From Halobacteriovoraceae bacterium (GTDB taxonomy: Bacteria > Bdellovibrionota > Bacteriovoracia > Bacteriovoracales > Bacteriovoracaceae): a DNA stretch of 64,000 nt. The DNA is taken from positions 672,001 through 736,000 of the forward strand of contig CAVRCF010000001.1 of the NCBI GenBank assembly GCA_963719505.1, in the 5' to 3' direction. Position numbers and translations under genes: made by a program. The notes beneath the pieces are model-generated. The model was not told where the DNA came from. It ran no database searches and saw nothing but the letters and a program-made list of their open reading frames with translations. Positions within the stretch are counted from its first letter, which is position 1. Every line of letters begins with the position of its first letter. Below are positions 50,543-58,764 of the stretch, one piece after another.

Positions 50543-51664
50543 ATGGCAGGTTTTGGGTTACGGGCCTTAAAAAAAGTTCAAGAAGACGAGAATACAAAAC
50601 AGTCTAGAATCTATTCCAAACATATTGTTTATGGCGATAATTTTTATGCTGCACTCGCTTATCTTAAGCTTGTGGAGATCCATGGAATGGAGAGTGTGAA
50701 GCTCATCTCCTCTCGTCTTATCTCAAAAGATTCTATAGAGGGGGAATTAAAATGCTCTCTTAGTACCTTGAGGTCTGAAGAAGTTGCCAACACTCTCATC
50801 ACTATGGCTCCAGAGTTAGAAATATTTCCAGTTGATTCAGAAAACGTTTTTTATAAAGATACAAAATTTCATAAATTTGGTGGAAGAGCAAAGCCTCATG
50901 AACTTAAAGAGGATGAGGACTTTTTTGCCAATAGTGCTTTTCATATAAAGCTTATGAATCTTTTCACTTCGCAGCAGCTGGAGAGTCTAGATGAGACGTT
51001 AGAGAAAAATACTCTCGTCAAATACATAGACTCTATTCAAAAAAATACTCCTTCAGATTTAGTCGAAGTGACAAACTATAAATTAAAAACAGGTGAAGCT
51101 GAAACGATTGAATGCGAAAAACTCTATTGGTGTGAATCACCTAAACTCTTTTATAAGAAAGTAGAAAATAAAGACTCACTTGCCGATCAAGTTGGAGCTT
51201 ATTGTACGGCCTTAGAACATAGAATCGGTTTAACGGTTTATATGGAACTTAAAGGTGAGCTTTATGAGGGGGAGGGGAATGTGTTCCTTCCACAAAGTGT
51301 GACGTATGAGCTTGGACATTTTATTGCTGAGTTTAAAAAATACAATCCAGAAAGTAATACTCAAGAGTTCGCCTGCATGATGTTCGTTGATGAAGATGAA
51401 GTGAATGAGGAAGATTTAGCTAAAAAAATTAAACTCATGAAGCGAGTCATTGGAAGAGTCTTTTCTGACTTTGAAAAAATTGAATACAAAGAGAGAATTC
51501 AATACGATCGTGAAGTTCTCATCAATAAAACTGATGACTCACTTATTGATAGCAAGGTGAATGTTGAGTTTATTGGCCCTGGAGCTCCCCTTTATAAAGA
51601 CGAGTATAAGGAGTTCAAGCATTTAGGAAGAGGACTTATTTCTTTGAAGAGTCTAGAAGCTTAA
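50543..51664 (+). CDS. Hypothetical protein, possibly a degenerate FAD/NAD-binding fold
   Basis: 373-aa ORF with SD GGAG; HIVYGDNFYAALAY resembles an eroded Rossmann motif. Confidence 0.65.
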   Translation: MAGFGLRALKKVQEDENTKQSRIYSKHIVYGDNFYAALAYLKLVEIHGMESVKLISSRLISKDSIEGELKCSLSTLRSEEVANTLITMAPELEIFPVDSENVFYKDTKFHKFGGRAKPHELKEDEDFFANSAFHIKLMNLFTSQQLESLDETLEKNTLVKYIDSIQKNTPSDLVEVTNYKLKTGEAETIECEKLYWCESPKLFYKKVENKDSLADQVGAYCTALEHRIGLTVYMELKGELYEGEGNVFLPQSVTYELGHFIAEFKKYNPESNTQEFACMMFVDEDEVNEEDLAKKIKLMKRVIGRVFSDFEKIEYKERIQYDREVLINKTDDSLIDSKVNVEFIGPGAPLYKDEYKEFKHLGRGLISLKSLEA

Positions 51665-52067
51665 GCGGTCTTCTCTTTAAACCTTCTCTGTCGACAAATT
51701 GTAATCCAAGATTTTTATCTTTTTGCTTAAACACATACATTTGTAGAGGGATCCAGTGATATGAAGCATCTAAGTGGATAGCGTTATCATCGAAGGACCA
51801 ATTTCCTCTATCAGCTTCCTTACCTTTAAATTGGTAAATGAACTTTCCACCTTTATAAAGATAGATTTTTATTTTTCCTCTATAGTAGTATGAGTCCTCT
51901 AACCATTTATCATTATCGAGATCACTGAGTTCAACACTTTTATCATTAATTGTGACATCAAAGTCTTCGACAGTTGCGGGTTGAAAAGAACTTTTAGAAT
52001 CGAGATCCTTTTGACCACAAGACATAAGAGTGGTCAAAAAAATGGTGAGGATAAAAATTAGTTTCAT
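51636..52067 (-). CDS. Hypothetical lipoprotein
   Basis: Lipobox LMSC; ATGA overlap with bfr. Confidence 0.7.
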   Translation of the reverse strand: MKLIFILTIFLTTLMSCGQKDLDSKSSFQPATVEDFDVTINDKSVELSDLDNDKWLEDSYYYRGKIKIYLYKGGKFIYQFKGKEADRGNWSFDDNAIHLDASYHWIPLQMYVFKQKDKNLGLQFVDREGLKRRPLKLLDSSKK

Positions 52068-52546
52068 AGCGCTTTGTCTGGATTCATTTGAGATTGAATA
52101 AAATTCTTCTCGCCGATTTTCGCTAGAAGACTTTGTTGAGTTTCCAACCAGTCGATATGCTCTTCTTCAGAGGCCAAGATTGATGCGAGTAAGTCACGAG
52201 AGACGTAATCTTTTTCGTTTTCTGCGAGCTCAATACTGTCTTTTAAAAATGGAACTGCTTCGTGCTCAACGGCCAAGTCGGCTTTGAGAACTTCTTCGAT
52301 ATTTTGACCAATTTTAATTTTTCCAAGTTTTTGAAGATTTGGAAGGCCCTCAAGAAAAAGAATTCTCTTAATCAGCTCATCCGCATGTTTCATCTCATCA
52401 ATAGAGGCGTCGTATTCTAATTTTCCAAGCTTTACCATGCCCCAATCTTCAAGCATTCTGGCGTGGAGAAAATATTGATTTATTGCTGTTAGTTCTTTTG
52501 TTAAAACACCATTAAGTGCTTCGATAACTTTTGGGCTACCTTTCAT
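52064..52546 (-). CDS. bfr: Bacterioferritin
   Basis: ELTAINQYFLH, DEMKHAD, RILFLEGLPN and EEEHIDWLETQ. Confidence 0.97.
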   Translation of the reverse strand: MKGSPKVIEALNGVLTKELTAINQYFLHARMLEDWGMVKLGKLEYDASIDEMKHADELIKRILFLEGLPNLQKLGKIKIGQNIEEVLKADLAVEHEAVPFLKDSIELAENEKDYVSRDLLASILASEEEHIDWLETQQSLLAKIGEKNFIQSQMNPDKAL

Positions 52547-52586
52547 GAATACTCCGGTTTTCTCTTAAGAGATTAATACTGGAATA

Positions 52587-52799
52587 TTATTGAGAATTAC
52601 TTTCGTTTTGTCGAGGTTGGTTTTTAGAAATAGAGATGGTGTTATGAGTTTGTTTAATATGGTCAATAGCATCAACAACGCACTGACCACAATCTGATCC
52701 CACACCTAGGGCTTTAAGGATATCTCGAGTAGATGAGTTCGTGATCATCGCGTTCTCTATATCTTTATCTGAAATACCTTTGCAAATACATACGTACAT
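52587..52799 (-). CDS. bfd: Bacterioferritin-associated [2Fe-2S] ferredoxin
   Basis: MYVCICKG...GSDCGQC, directly upstream of bfr. Confidence 0.92.
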   Translation of the reverse strand: MYVCICKGISDKDIENAMITNSSTRDILKALGVGSDCGQCVVDAIDHIKQTHNTISISKNQPRQNESNSQ

Positions 52800-52927
52800 T
52801 TGTGTCTCTCCTGAGATTTACTATATACTATATCGGTTTCGTATATCAAACAATTAATTTATTAATGGAACTTTTTTTAGTGTGGGCTAACATGTTGATT
52901 TTGCGTTGCGGCGCGCATAACTAAGGC

Positions 52928-52955
52928 AAAAAAAAGGGGATTCCGAAGAATCCCC
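52928..52955 (-). terminator. Intrinsic terminator with a UUCG tetraloop
   Basis: Minus strand GGGGATTC-TTCG-GAATCCCC followed by T8. Confidence 0.88.
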
Positions 52956-52980
52956 AAGTATATTTCTAAAATTTTGTTAA

Positions 52981-53592
52981 TTAGAAAAGTACGTCAAACT
53001 TGATCCAGTTCCATGCAAGTGTATTTGTATCAACTTCGTCAGATCCAGAAGCATCTGGCTCGAAAGTAGAAACAGTATAAGCAATTGATGGAGCATAAGT
53101 CAGGTGTAATCCCCAAACGTGACCAACATGAAATCTATGACCGTACTCAACTGTGATGTCAGTTACTGTATCATCTTCAGAAAGAGCTACACTGTTGTAA
53201 GTACCTGTCTCACCGATTTCAGTCATGTTGTAATGAAGAGCAACATAAGAAGTTGAATCTAAAGATTTACCAAAGTTATAGTATCCCGAAAGACCCATAG
53301 TTGTAGCATCTACATCACTACCAGAAACTTCTCCAGTGTATGACTTGTAAGTAACACCAACTTGCCAGTTGTTGTTAATTGCATAAGCGTAGTTAAGAGC
53401 AATGTTAGTTGTGTTTGTCTCAGAGTCAGCGTCATTAGAGTTTAATGAAAGATCGAAAGACTTAGACATTCCAGAGTCAGTAAAGTTAAAAAATCTTACC
53501 ATGTGCTTAAGATCTTTTCCTTCATGTTCGTGCATATCAGCGAAAGCTGAAACTGTTGATAGAGCTAAAAGAGCTACTAATAATTTTTTCAT
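52981..53592 (-). CDS. Small outer-membrane beta-barrel protein
   Basis: Signal peptide ending SAFA; alternating strands; terminal IKFDVLF. Confidence 0.75.
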   Translation of the reverse strand: MKKLLVALLALSTVSAFADMHEHEGKDLKHMVRFFNFTDSGMSKSFDLSLNSNDADSETNTTNIALNYAYAINNNWQVGVTYKSYTGEVSGSDVDATTMGLSGYYNFGKSLDSTSYVALHYNMTEIGETGTYNSVALSEDDTVTDITVEYGHRFHVGHVWGLHLTYAPSIAYTVSTFEPDASGSDEVDTNTLAWNWIKFDVLF

Positions 53593-53922
53593 TTCATACA
53601 TCCTTTGTAGAAAGTTGTTATTAAAACTTAAAGTTTTATTTGATTGTTCTATTACACATCAGTGTAGTCAGTTTTTGCTAAAAGGAAATACCTTTCTGTA
53701 CAATTTGTTACAAAATTAACCTTTGTGCAGAAATAAACACATTTAAAATTTTCGTCAAAAAAATGGCAGAATCATAAGAAACGAACTTGTTGACAGGAGA
53801 TTAAAAGGTAGTGAGTAAGCACCAATCGACCTTGCGGATTTTTACTTATCCACAATAAAATACTTTTGCCCCTATAGAGAGAGTTTATAAAAATAAATTG
53901 TAAAAAAAATAATTAAACTTGT

Positions 53923-53951
53923 TTGACTTAGTACGCGTATTTCTTTCTAAT
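53923..53951 (+). promoter_or_regulatory. Probable sigma70 promoter of the tandem OMP genes
   Basis: TTGACT-N17-TCTAAT preceded by an A-rich UP-like tract. Confidence 0.55.
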
Positions 53952-54028
53952 TTTAATATTAGGTAAAACTTTAACAAAAACGATAGTTTAATTTGACCCA
54001 TTATTTGGTTAATTAACAAGGAGACGTT

Positions 54029-55138
54029 ATGAAAAAACAAGTGGCATTAACCTTAGGTCTAGCAGTAATTTCTGGTTCTGCTTTGGCTTCAAAAGCAAGA
54101 TTACAAGCATTAGGTGAAGACGTAGATGGTTCACAGTACATCATGGATGCACGAAACATCTTTTTAAACCCAGCACAAGCTAACTACTATAAGGATATGG
54201 TTACTGTTGAAGCTGGTGATACAACAAACAATGACGACACTGCTCAAGATCCAAACGCAGAGGGTGGATTCTTAAGAGCTTCTGGAAATATGGTTTACGG
54301 TGCATTTTTTGGTCATGAAGATCAAACTCTAAATGACATCAGAACTAACGCAGGTGGAACGGCAGCAGAACTTGCTGATCAAAATACTTGGGACTTTTTT
54401 ATTGCTGGTGATGCTGGTGTTCAGTGGGGTGCAAACCTTTCTTATATGGCTTATAAAAATGAGCAAGCAACTAACGAAATCGAATCAGATGCAGTAAGAG
54501 TTAACGTTGGTATCATCTCTGGTGACACAGAAGCTTTTTTAAAGACTTCACTTGTTGAAACTGCTGAAGAAGATTCTTCTGTAGATCTTGAAGTAAACTC
54601 TAGATATGTTTTAGGTGCTAGTCACAACATCAACGGTGGGACAATCATCTTTAATTATTCTTCATTCGAAGCTGAAGAGTCTGAGACAGCTGATGAAACT
54701 TGGAAAAGCACTATGTTCAATATTGGATACGGTAAAGTTGCTAAGTTAAATGATTCATCAAGCTTTAACTGGAAAGTTAACTATATGAATATTGAATCTG
54801 AAAACGAAGACTTTGATAACACTAACGGTGATCAAAAAGCTTATGCACTAAGCGCAGTTATGGGCCTTGAGTCAATGGTTAAAGAGTGGTTAACACTTAG
54901 AGCTTCAATTGGTCAAAACCTTGTTTCTGAATTCGAAGATGATGACGGAGATAAAAGAAGTTTAGCTGATTCTACAATCGTTGCAGCTGGTGCATCTTTT
55001 GTATTCGGAGATTTCCAAGTTGATGGAATGATCGGAAACAACGCTACTGGTGGAACAACTGATAGTGAAGGAACTAACTCAGGGACTTTAAGAACAGACT
55101 CACTTCTTTCAAGAGTGTCTGCTACTTACAGATTCTAA
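54029..55138 (+). CDS. Major outer-membrane porin-like protein, Bd0427/PopA family (copy 1)
   Basis: ASKARLQAL, AEGGF, WLTLRASIGQN, DST...AAGA and terminal TYRF match my recollection of Bdellovibrio Bd0427; strong SD. Confidence 0.75.
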   Translation: MKKQVALTLGLAVISGSALASKARLQALGEDVDGSQYIMDARNIFLNPAQANYYKDMVTVEAGDTTNNDDTAQDPNAEGGFLRASGNMVYGAFFGHEDQTLNDIRTNAGGTAAELADQNTWDFFIAGDAGVQWGANLSYMAYKNEQATNEIESDAVRVNVGIISGDTEAFLKTSLVETAEEDSSVDLEVNSRYVLGASHNINGGTIIFNYSSFEAEESETADETWKSTMFNIGYGKVAKLNDSSSFNWKVNYMNIESENEDFDNTNGDQKAYALSAVMGLESMVKEWLTLRASIGQNLVSEFEDDDGDKRSLADSTIVAAGASFVFGDFQVDGMIGNNATGGTTDSEGTNSGTLRTDSLLSRVSATYRF

Positions 55139-55160
55139 TAATAAGGTATAGGAGATTAAC

Positions 55161-56378
55161 ATGAAGAAATTTTTAGGATTAGCACTTCTTGCCTCAGTTT
55201 TCACAACAAGCGCATTCGCGTCGGTTGCAAGACTAGAAGCTTTAGGTGAGGACCAGTACGGTTCACAATATATTAACGATAACAGAAATATGTTTTTAAA
55301 TGCAGCTGCTGTTAACGATCACTTTGACTTTGTTACTTTTGAGTGGGGAGATACAACTAAGGTTCAAAACACTGAGTCGACTCCTAAAGCCCAAGGTGGG
55401 ATTTTTAGAAAGACTGGAGATATGGTTTACGGTGTTTATTTTGGGGCTGACTCAAACACTGCATCTCAGTTAAGAGCTGGTGGTTTACAAGCTATTGCTT
55501 CATCAACTTCAACTGATGTAAACAACTTGGCTGCTCAAGCTCAAAACGAAGACACTCTTGACCTTTTTGTTGGTGGTGAAACATCATTCAAGTGGGGAGC
55601 AAGACTTTCGTATGCTGACGCAAGTAACGAGCAGGGTGGAAACTATGCCACTGGTAAGACCTTTGACAAGGTTGAAAAATCTGGAATCTTAGTAGGTCTT
55701 GGTGCGATTGCAGGAAACAATGAGTTCTATGCAAACATCGGTGCTGGTAACGAATTAAAAATTGAAGGAATTACTGACCTTGGTGGTGGAGATTATCACT
55801 TTAAAGGTGAGCTAGGATTTCAAGTTGGTTACATAAGAGCTCTTGGGAATAATGCAAAAGCTTGGTTAGAGTATAGAGCTCAAGATGTTAAGGAAGAAGA
55901 AGTTTCTTCTTTAGATGAGACTTGGGAAGTATCAGTTTACCAAATTGGTTATGGTAAAGTATCTAAGCTGAACGATGTTTTCACAGCAAACTATAAATTA
56001 GTTTATAATGCTGATAAACAAGAAAACAGAGGTTTCGCTAGTGGACAAGAAGACTACGAAGAAACAAGACTTACAGCAACTCTTGGAATGGAAGCAATGG
56101 TTAAAGAGTGGTTAACTCTTAGAGCTTCTATTGCTAACAATCTAATGGGTGAAACTACAGCTCTAGCTGCTGGTGGAACTTCAAAAGATTCAAGAACAAT
56201 TGCTGACTCAACTGAAATTGCCTTAGGTGCAAGCCTTAACTTTGGCGACTTTGCAATTGATGGTCTTATTGGAAACAATGCTGACAGTGATGGCACTGCT
56301 GGTGAAACTGGTGATGACAACGGTCAAATCAGAACTGACTCATTAATGTCAAGAGTATCTATGACTTATAAGTTCTAA
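55161..56378 (+). CDS. Major outer-membrane porin-like protein, Bd0427/PopA family (copy 2)
   Basis: Paralogue of the upstream gene: ARLEALGED, AQGGIF, MVKEWLTLRAS, RTDSLMSRVS.TY.F. Confidence 0.75.
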   Translation: MKKFLGLALLASVFTTSAFASVARLEALGEDQYGSQYINDNRNMFLNAAAVNDHFDFVTFEWGDTTKVQNTESTPKAQGGIFRKTGDMVYGVYFGADSNTASQLRAGGLQAIASSTSTDVNNLAAQAQNEDTLDLFVGGETSFKWGARLSYADASNEQGGNYATGKTFDKVEKSGILVGLGAIAGNNEFYANIGAGNELKIEGITDLGGGDYHFKGELGFQVGYIRALGNNAKAWLEYRAQDVKEEEVSSLDETWEVSVYQIGYGKVSKLNDVFTANYKLVYNADKQENRGFASGQEDYEETRLTATLGMEAMVKEWLTLRASIANNLMGETTALAAGGTSKDSRTIADSTEIALGASLNFGDFAIDGLIGNNADSDGTAGETGDDNGQIRTDSLMSRVSMTYKF

Positions 56379-56410
56379 TAGGATGTTAGAAATATAATCG
56401 AAAGATTAGA

Positions 56411-56438
56411 GGGCCTGGAGGAAGCTTCAGGCCTTTTT
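56411..56438 (+). terminator. Intrinsic terminator after the OMP pair
   Basis: GGCCTGGAG-GAAG-CTTCAGGCC followed by a T run. Confidence 0.75.
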
Positions 56439-56853
56439 ATTTTTGGCTAGGCTCGCTGAAGATGATTTTTGAAACTTCATGGCTTTTTTTATCAAAGATA
56501 ATATTTATTCCTTTTGAAGGGATAGTAAGTTCCCAAAGATTCACACCTGCATTTGTTACCTTTCGTGACTCTTTTTTAATTTCTCTATATTGGCTTTCCC
56601 AAAAATCCACAGACTTCTCGTGACTAGCCGGGCTTCTGTGAATTGATCTTACGACCTCATTGCTGTCGATCTGAAGGCTTATGTCTTTCCAGACATATAA
56701 TTTGTCGCTTTTAAACACGGGCTTTTTAAGAAGCTCTATGGCCTCTGAAATCTTAGTGTCTCCCGGTGAGATCCTCGAGAGGTTAATTTCTCTAGAACAA
56801 CTAGAAAAAGTGAGTGCAAATGTGATAATAAAGAGTAGCTTAAAATATTTCAT
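56437..56853 (-). CDS. Hypothetical lipoprotein
   Basis: Start at MKYFK; lipobox FSSC. Confidence 0.7.
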   Translation of the reverse strand: MKYFKLLFIITFALTFSSCSREINLSRISPGDTKISEAIELLKKPVFKSDKLYVWKDISLQIDSNEVVRSIHRSPASHEKSVDFWESQYREIKKESRKVTNAGVNLWELTIPSKGINIIFDKKSHEVSKIIFSEPSQK

Positions 56854-56860
56854 GTTTCCT

Positions 56861-56887
56861 TTATCGGAACCAGTTGAGATAACTTGA
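56861..56887 (-). promoter_or_regulatory. Sigma28 (FliA)-type promoter
   Basis: TCAA-N15-TCCGATAA, 7 nt before the ATG at 56853. Confidence 0.65.
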
Positions 56888-56911
56888 GCAAATAAAGCGG
56901 TTAAAGGATAA

Positions 56912-57673
56912 GTGTTGAAAATTACTGTTAAAATTCTTATGAGCTTTTTATGTATTTGCCTCATAGCAGTGGGGTATGTGGCTTTTATTTATCTTAAAAC
57001 TGACGTGGAACAACTTAAAACAAAACATGTGCAGTACAACTCAAAAACTCAAAGTTATGAGCTCGTAAAAAAGTCAAATAAATGGGTGCCTATCAATGAG
57101 ATATCAAAAGTGGCAAAGTGGGCTATTGTTATTTCTGAAGACTGGGCATTTTATGAACATCACGGCATTGATTTTAAACAATTAGAAATAGTTATTGAAG
57201 AGAGTCTTGAGGAAAAAGAGCTTGTTCGTGGAGCATCCACGATTACTCAGCAAGTGGCAAAAAATATTTATCTGTCAAATGAGAGAAGTCTTTTTAGAAA
57301 AATCAAAGAAGCCATTATCGCCTATAAACTGGAAACCAATTTAACTAAAGATGTTATTTTATCTCAGTACCTTAATCTTATTCATCTTGGTGAGGGGATC
57401 CATGGGATCAAAGAAGCATCTCGTTTATACTTCAATAAATCGGCAAGTAATCTGACCGCTAGAGAGGGAGCCTTTTTGGCAATGCTTCTGCCAAGTCCAG
57501 TGAAGTACAGTACATCATTTAGAAAAAAGGAACTGACTCCCTTTGCGACGGAAATTATTGAGTCGATTTTAAAAAAATTAAAACAAGCAAAAGTTATAAC
57601 GGTTGAGCAAATGGAAGCCGAGATGGATGATCAATTTAATTGGGAAGCTTCAAGCTTTGATGCTTACTTATGA
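56912..57673 (+). CDS. mtgA: Monofunctional peptidoglycan glycosyltransferase (GT51)
   Basis: SEDWAFYEHHG, RGASTITQQVAKN, RKIKE and YLN motifs; no transpeptidase domain. Confidence 0.92.
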   Translation: MLKITVKILMSFLCICLIAVGYVAFIYLKTDVEQLKTKHVQYNSKTQSYELVKKSNKWVPINEISKVAKWAIVISEDWAFYEHHGIDFKQLEIVIEESLEEKELVRGASTITQQVAKNIYLSNERSLFRKIKEAIIAYKLETNLTKDVILSQYLNLIHLGEGIHGIKEASRLYFNKSASNLTAREGAFLAMLLPSPVKYSTSFRKKELTPFATEIIESILKKLKQAKVITVEQMEAEMDDQFNWEASSFDAYL

Positions 57674-58764
57674 AAGTCATCTTATTTCTTATCTTTTCAA
57701 GTTTAAGTTTTTCTCAAGATTTTGGAAATGGCTCTGATGGTGTTTGTAATTTTACAGGCGGACTTCAAGCTAAATCCGTCTGGAATTGCACAGACCTTTT
57801 TGTCTCTGGAAATACAACTTTTCCAACAAGCTCGAAAGTTGTCTTAAAAGTTTCCGGTGGTGTTACCGTCTCAGCGGCTGGAACATTATCTGTATCAGCT
57901 TCTGGTACAACTCCAGGTGGTGGTGGAATGAGTGGTGGAGTTTGTTCTGCGACTCCTTGTTCTTCTCCTCAAACGGATGCCTCTAACTCTTCTGGTGTTT
58001 TAGCTGAAGGTGGAGATGCTGGTACTGACGACAATACCCTTGGGGCAAGCGGAGGAGGTGGTAGCGGAGCAACCTACAATCCAATTGACGAGGGTAAAGA
58101 TGGAGCTACTGGAACCGATGGAGGAAGTCCTTCCCAAGGTGCTGGAGGGGTTGCAAGCTTAACTGGTTATGGTTCAGAAGCGAATTTTGCAACCACTATT
58201 AATGGTGGCTCCGGTGGAGGTGCCGGTGGAAGTAGCGATGAAATAGGTACACTTGTGGCTGGGGGAGCCGGCGGGGGCGGGGGCGGAATTATTCAAATCT
58301 TTTCAAAGGGCTCCGTTGATATAGATGGTGAGGTTTTATCTCGTGGTGGGGATGGTGTAGGTGCTCCTGCCACTAACAACGGATCAGTCTATAGCGGCGG
58401 TGGTGGCGGTGGAAGCGGAGGTGCAATTTTTATTTATTCTCAATCGACAATTTCCGTTTCTGGTAAAGTAGAGGCTCTTGGTGGAACTGGTGGAGTGACT
58501 GGTGGCGCGGGAAGCAGTGGCGGCAACGGCGGTGTTGGCAGAATAAGAATGGACTCATTTGACGGGACGATATCTGGAGGCGTTAACGTTGATCCAGCTC
58601 CGGAGATTTTTACTGCAAGAGCTCTTTCAGGTTTAAAAGCAAAATTTAAAAGTGATATTTCTCATAACTGCTCCTTCAAGGAAGAGAGAGTTGACTTCTA
58701 CCCATCATTTATTTTTGGAATGCTTCTGAGCTTATTTTTTATGGGATTATTGAAACGTATTTAG
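57670..58764 (+). CDS. Glycine-rich exported protein with a C-terminal Cys-TM-basic tail
   Basis: Signal peptide; FGNGSDG; GGGGGSGGAI repeats; ends HNC...FIFGMLLSLFFMGLLKRI. Confidence 0.75.
   Translation: MKVILFLIFSSLSFSQDFGNGSDGVCNFTGGLQAKSVWNCTDLFVSGNTTFPTSSKVVLKVSGGVTVSAAGTLSVSASGTTPGGGGMSGGVCSATPCSSPQTDASNSSGVLAEGGDAGTDDNTLGASGGGGSGATYNPIDEGKDGATGTDGGSPSQGAGGVASLTGYGSEANFATTINGGSGGGAGGSSDEIGTLVAGGAGGGGGGIIQIFSKGSVDIDGEVLSRGGDGVGAPATNNGSVYSGGGGGGSGGAIFIYSQSTISVSGKVEALGGTGGVTGGAGSSGGNGGVGRIRMDSFDGTISGGVNVDPAPEIFTARALSGLKAKFKSDISHNCSFKEERVDFYPSFIFGMLLSLFFMGLLKRI

Noticed and set aside
52810..52860. Possible Fur box or sigma28 promoter upstream of bfd-bfr
   Set aside because: No convincing 19-bp Fur consensus; the sequence fits a sigma70 promoter equally well.
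53846..53854. Perfect DnaA box TTATCCACA in the OMP intergenic region
   Set aside because: Single copy; other matches lie inside coding regions; no cluster or dnaA/dnaN context, so not oriC.
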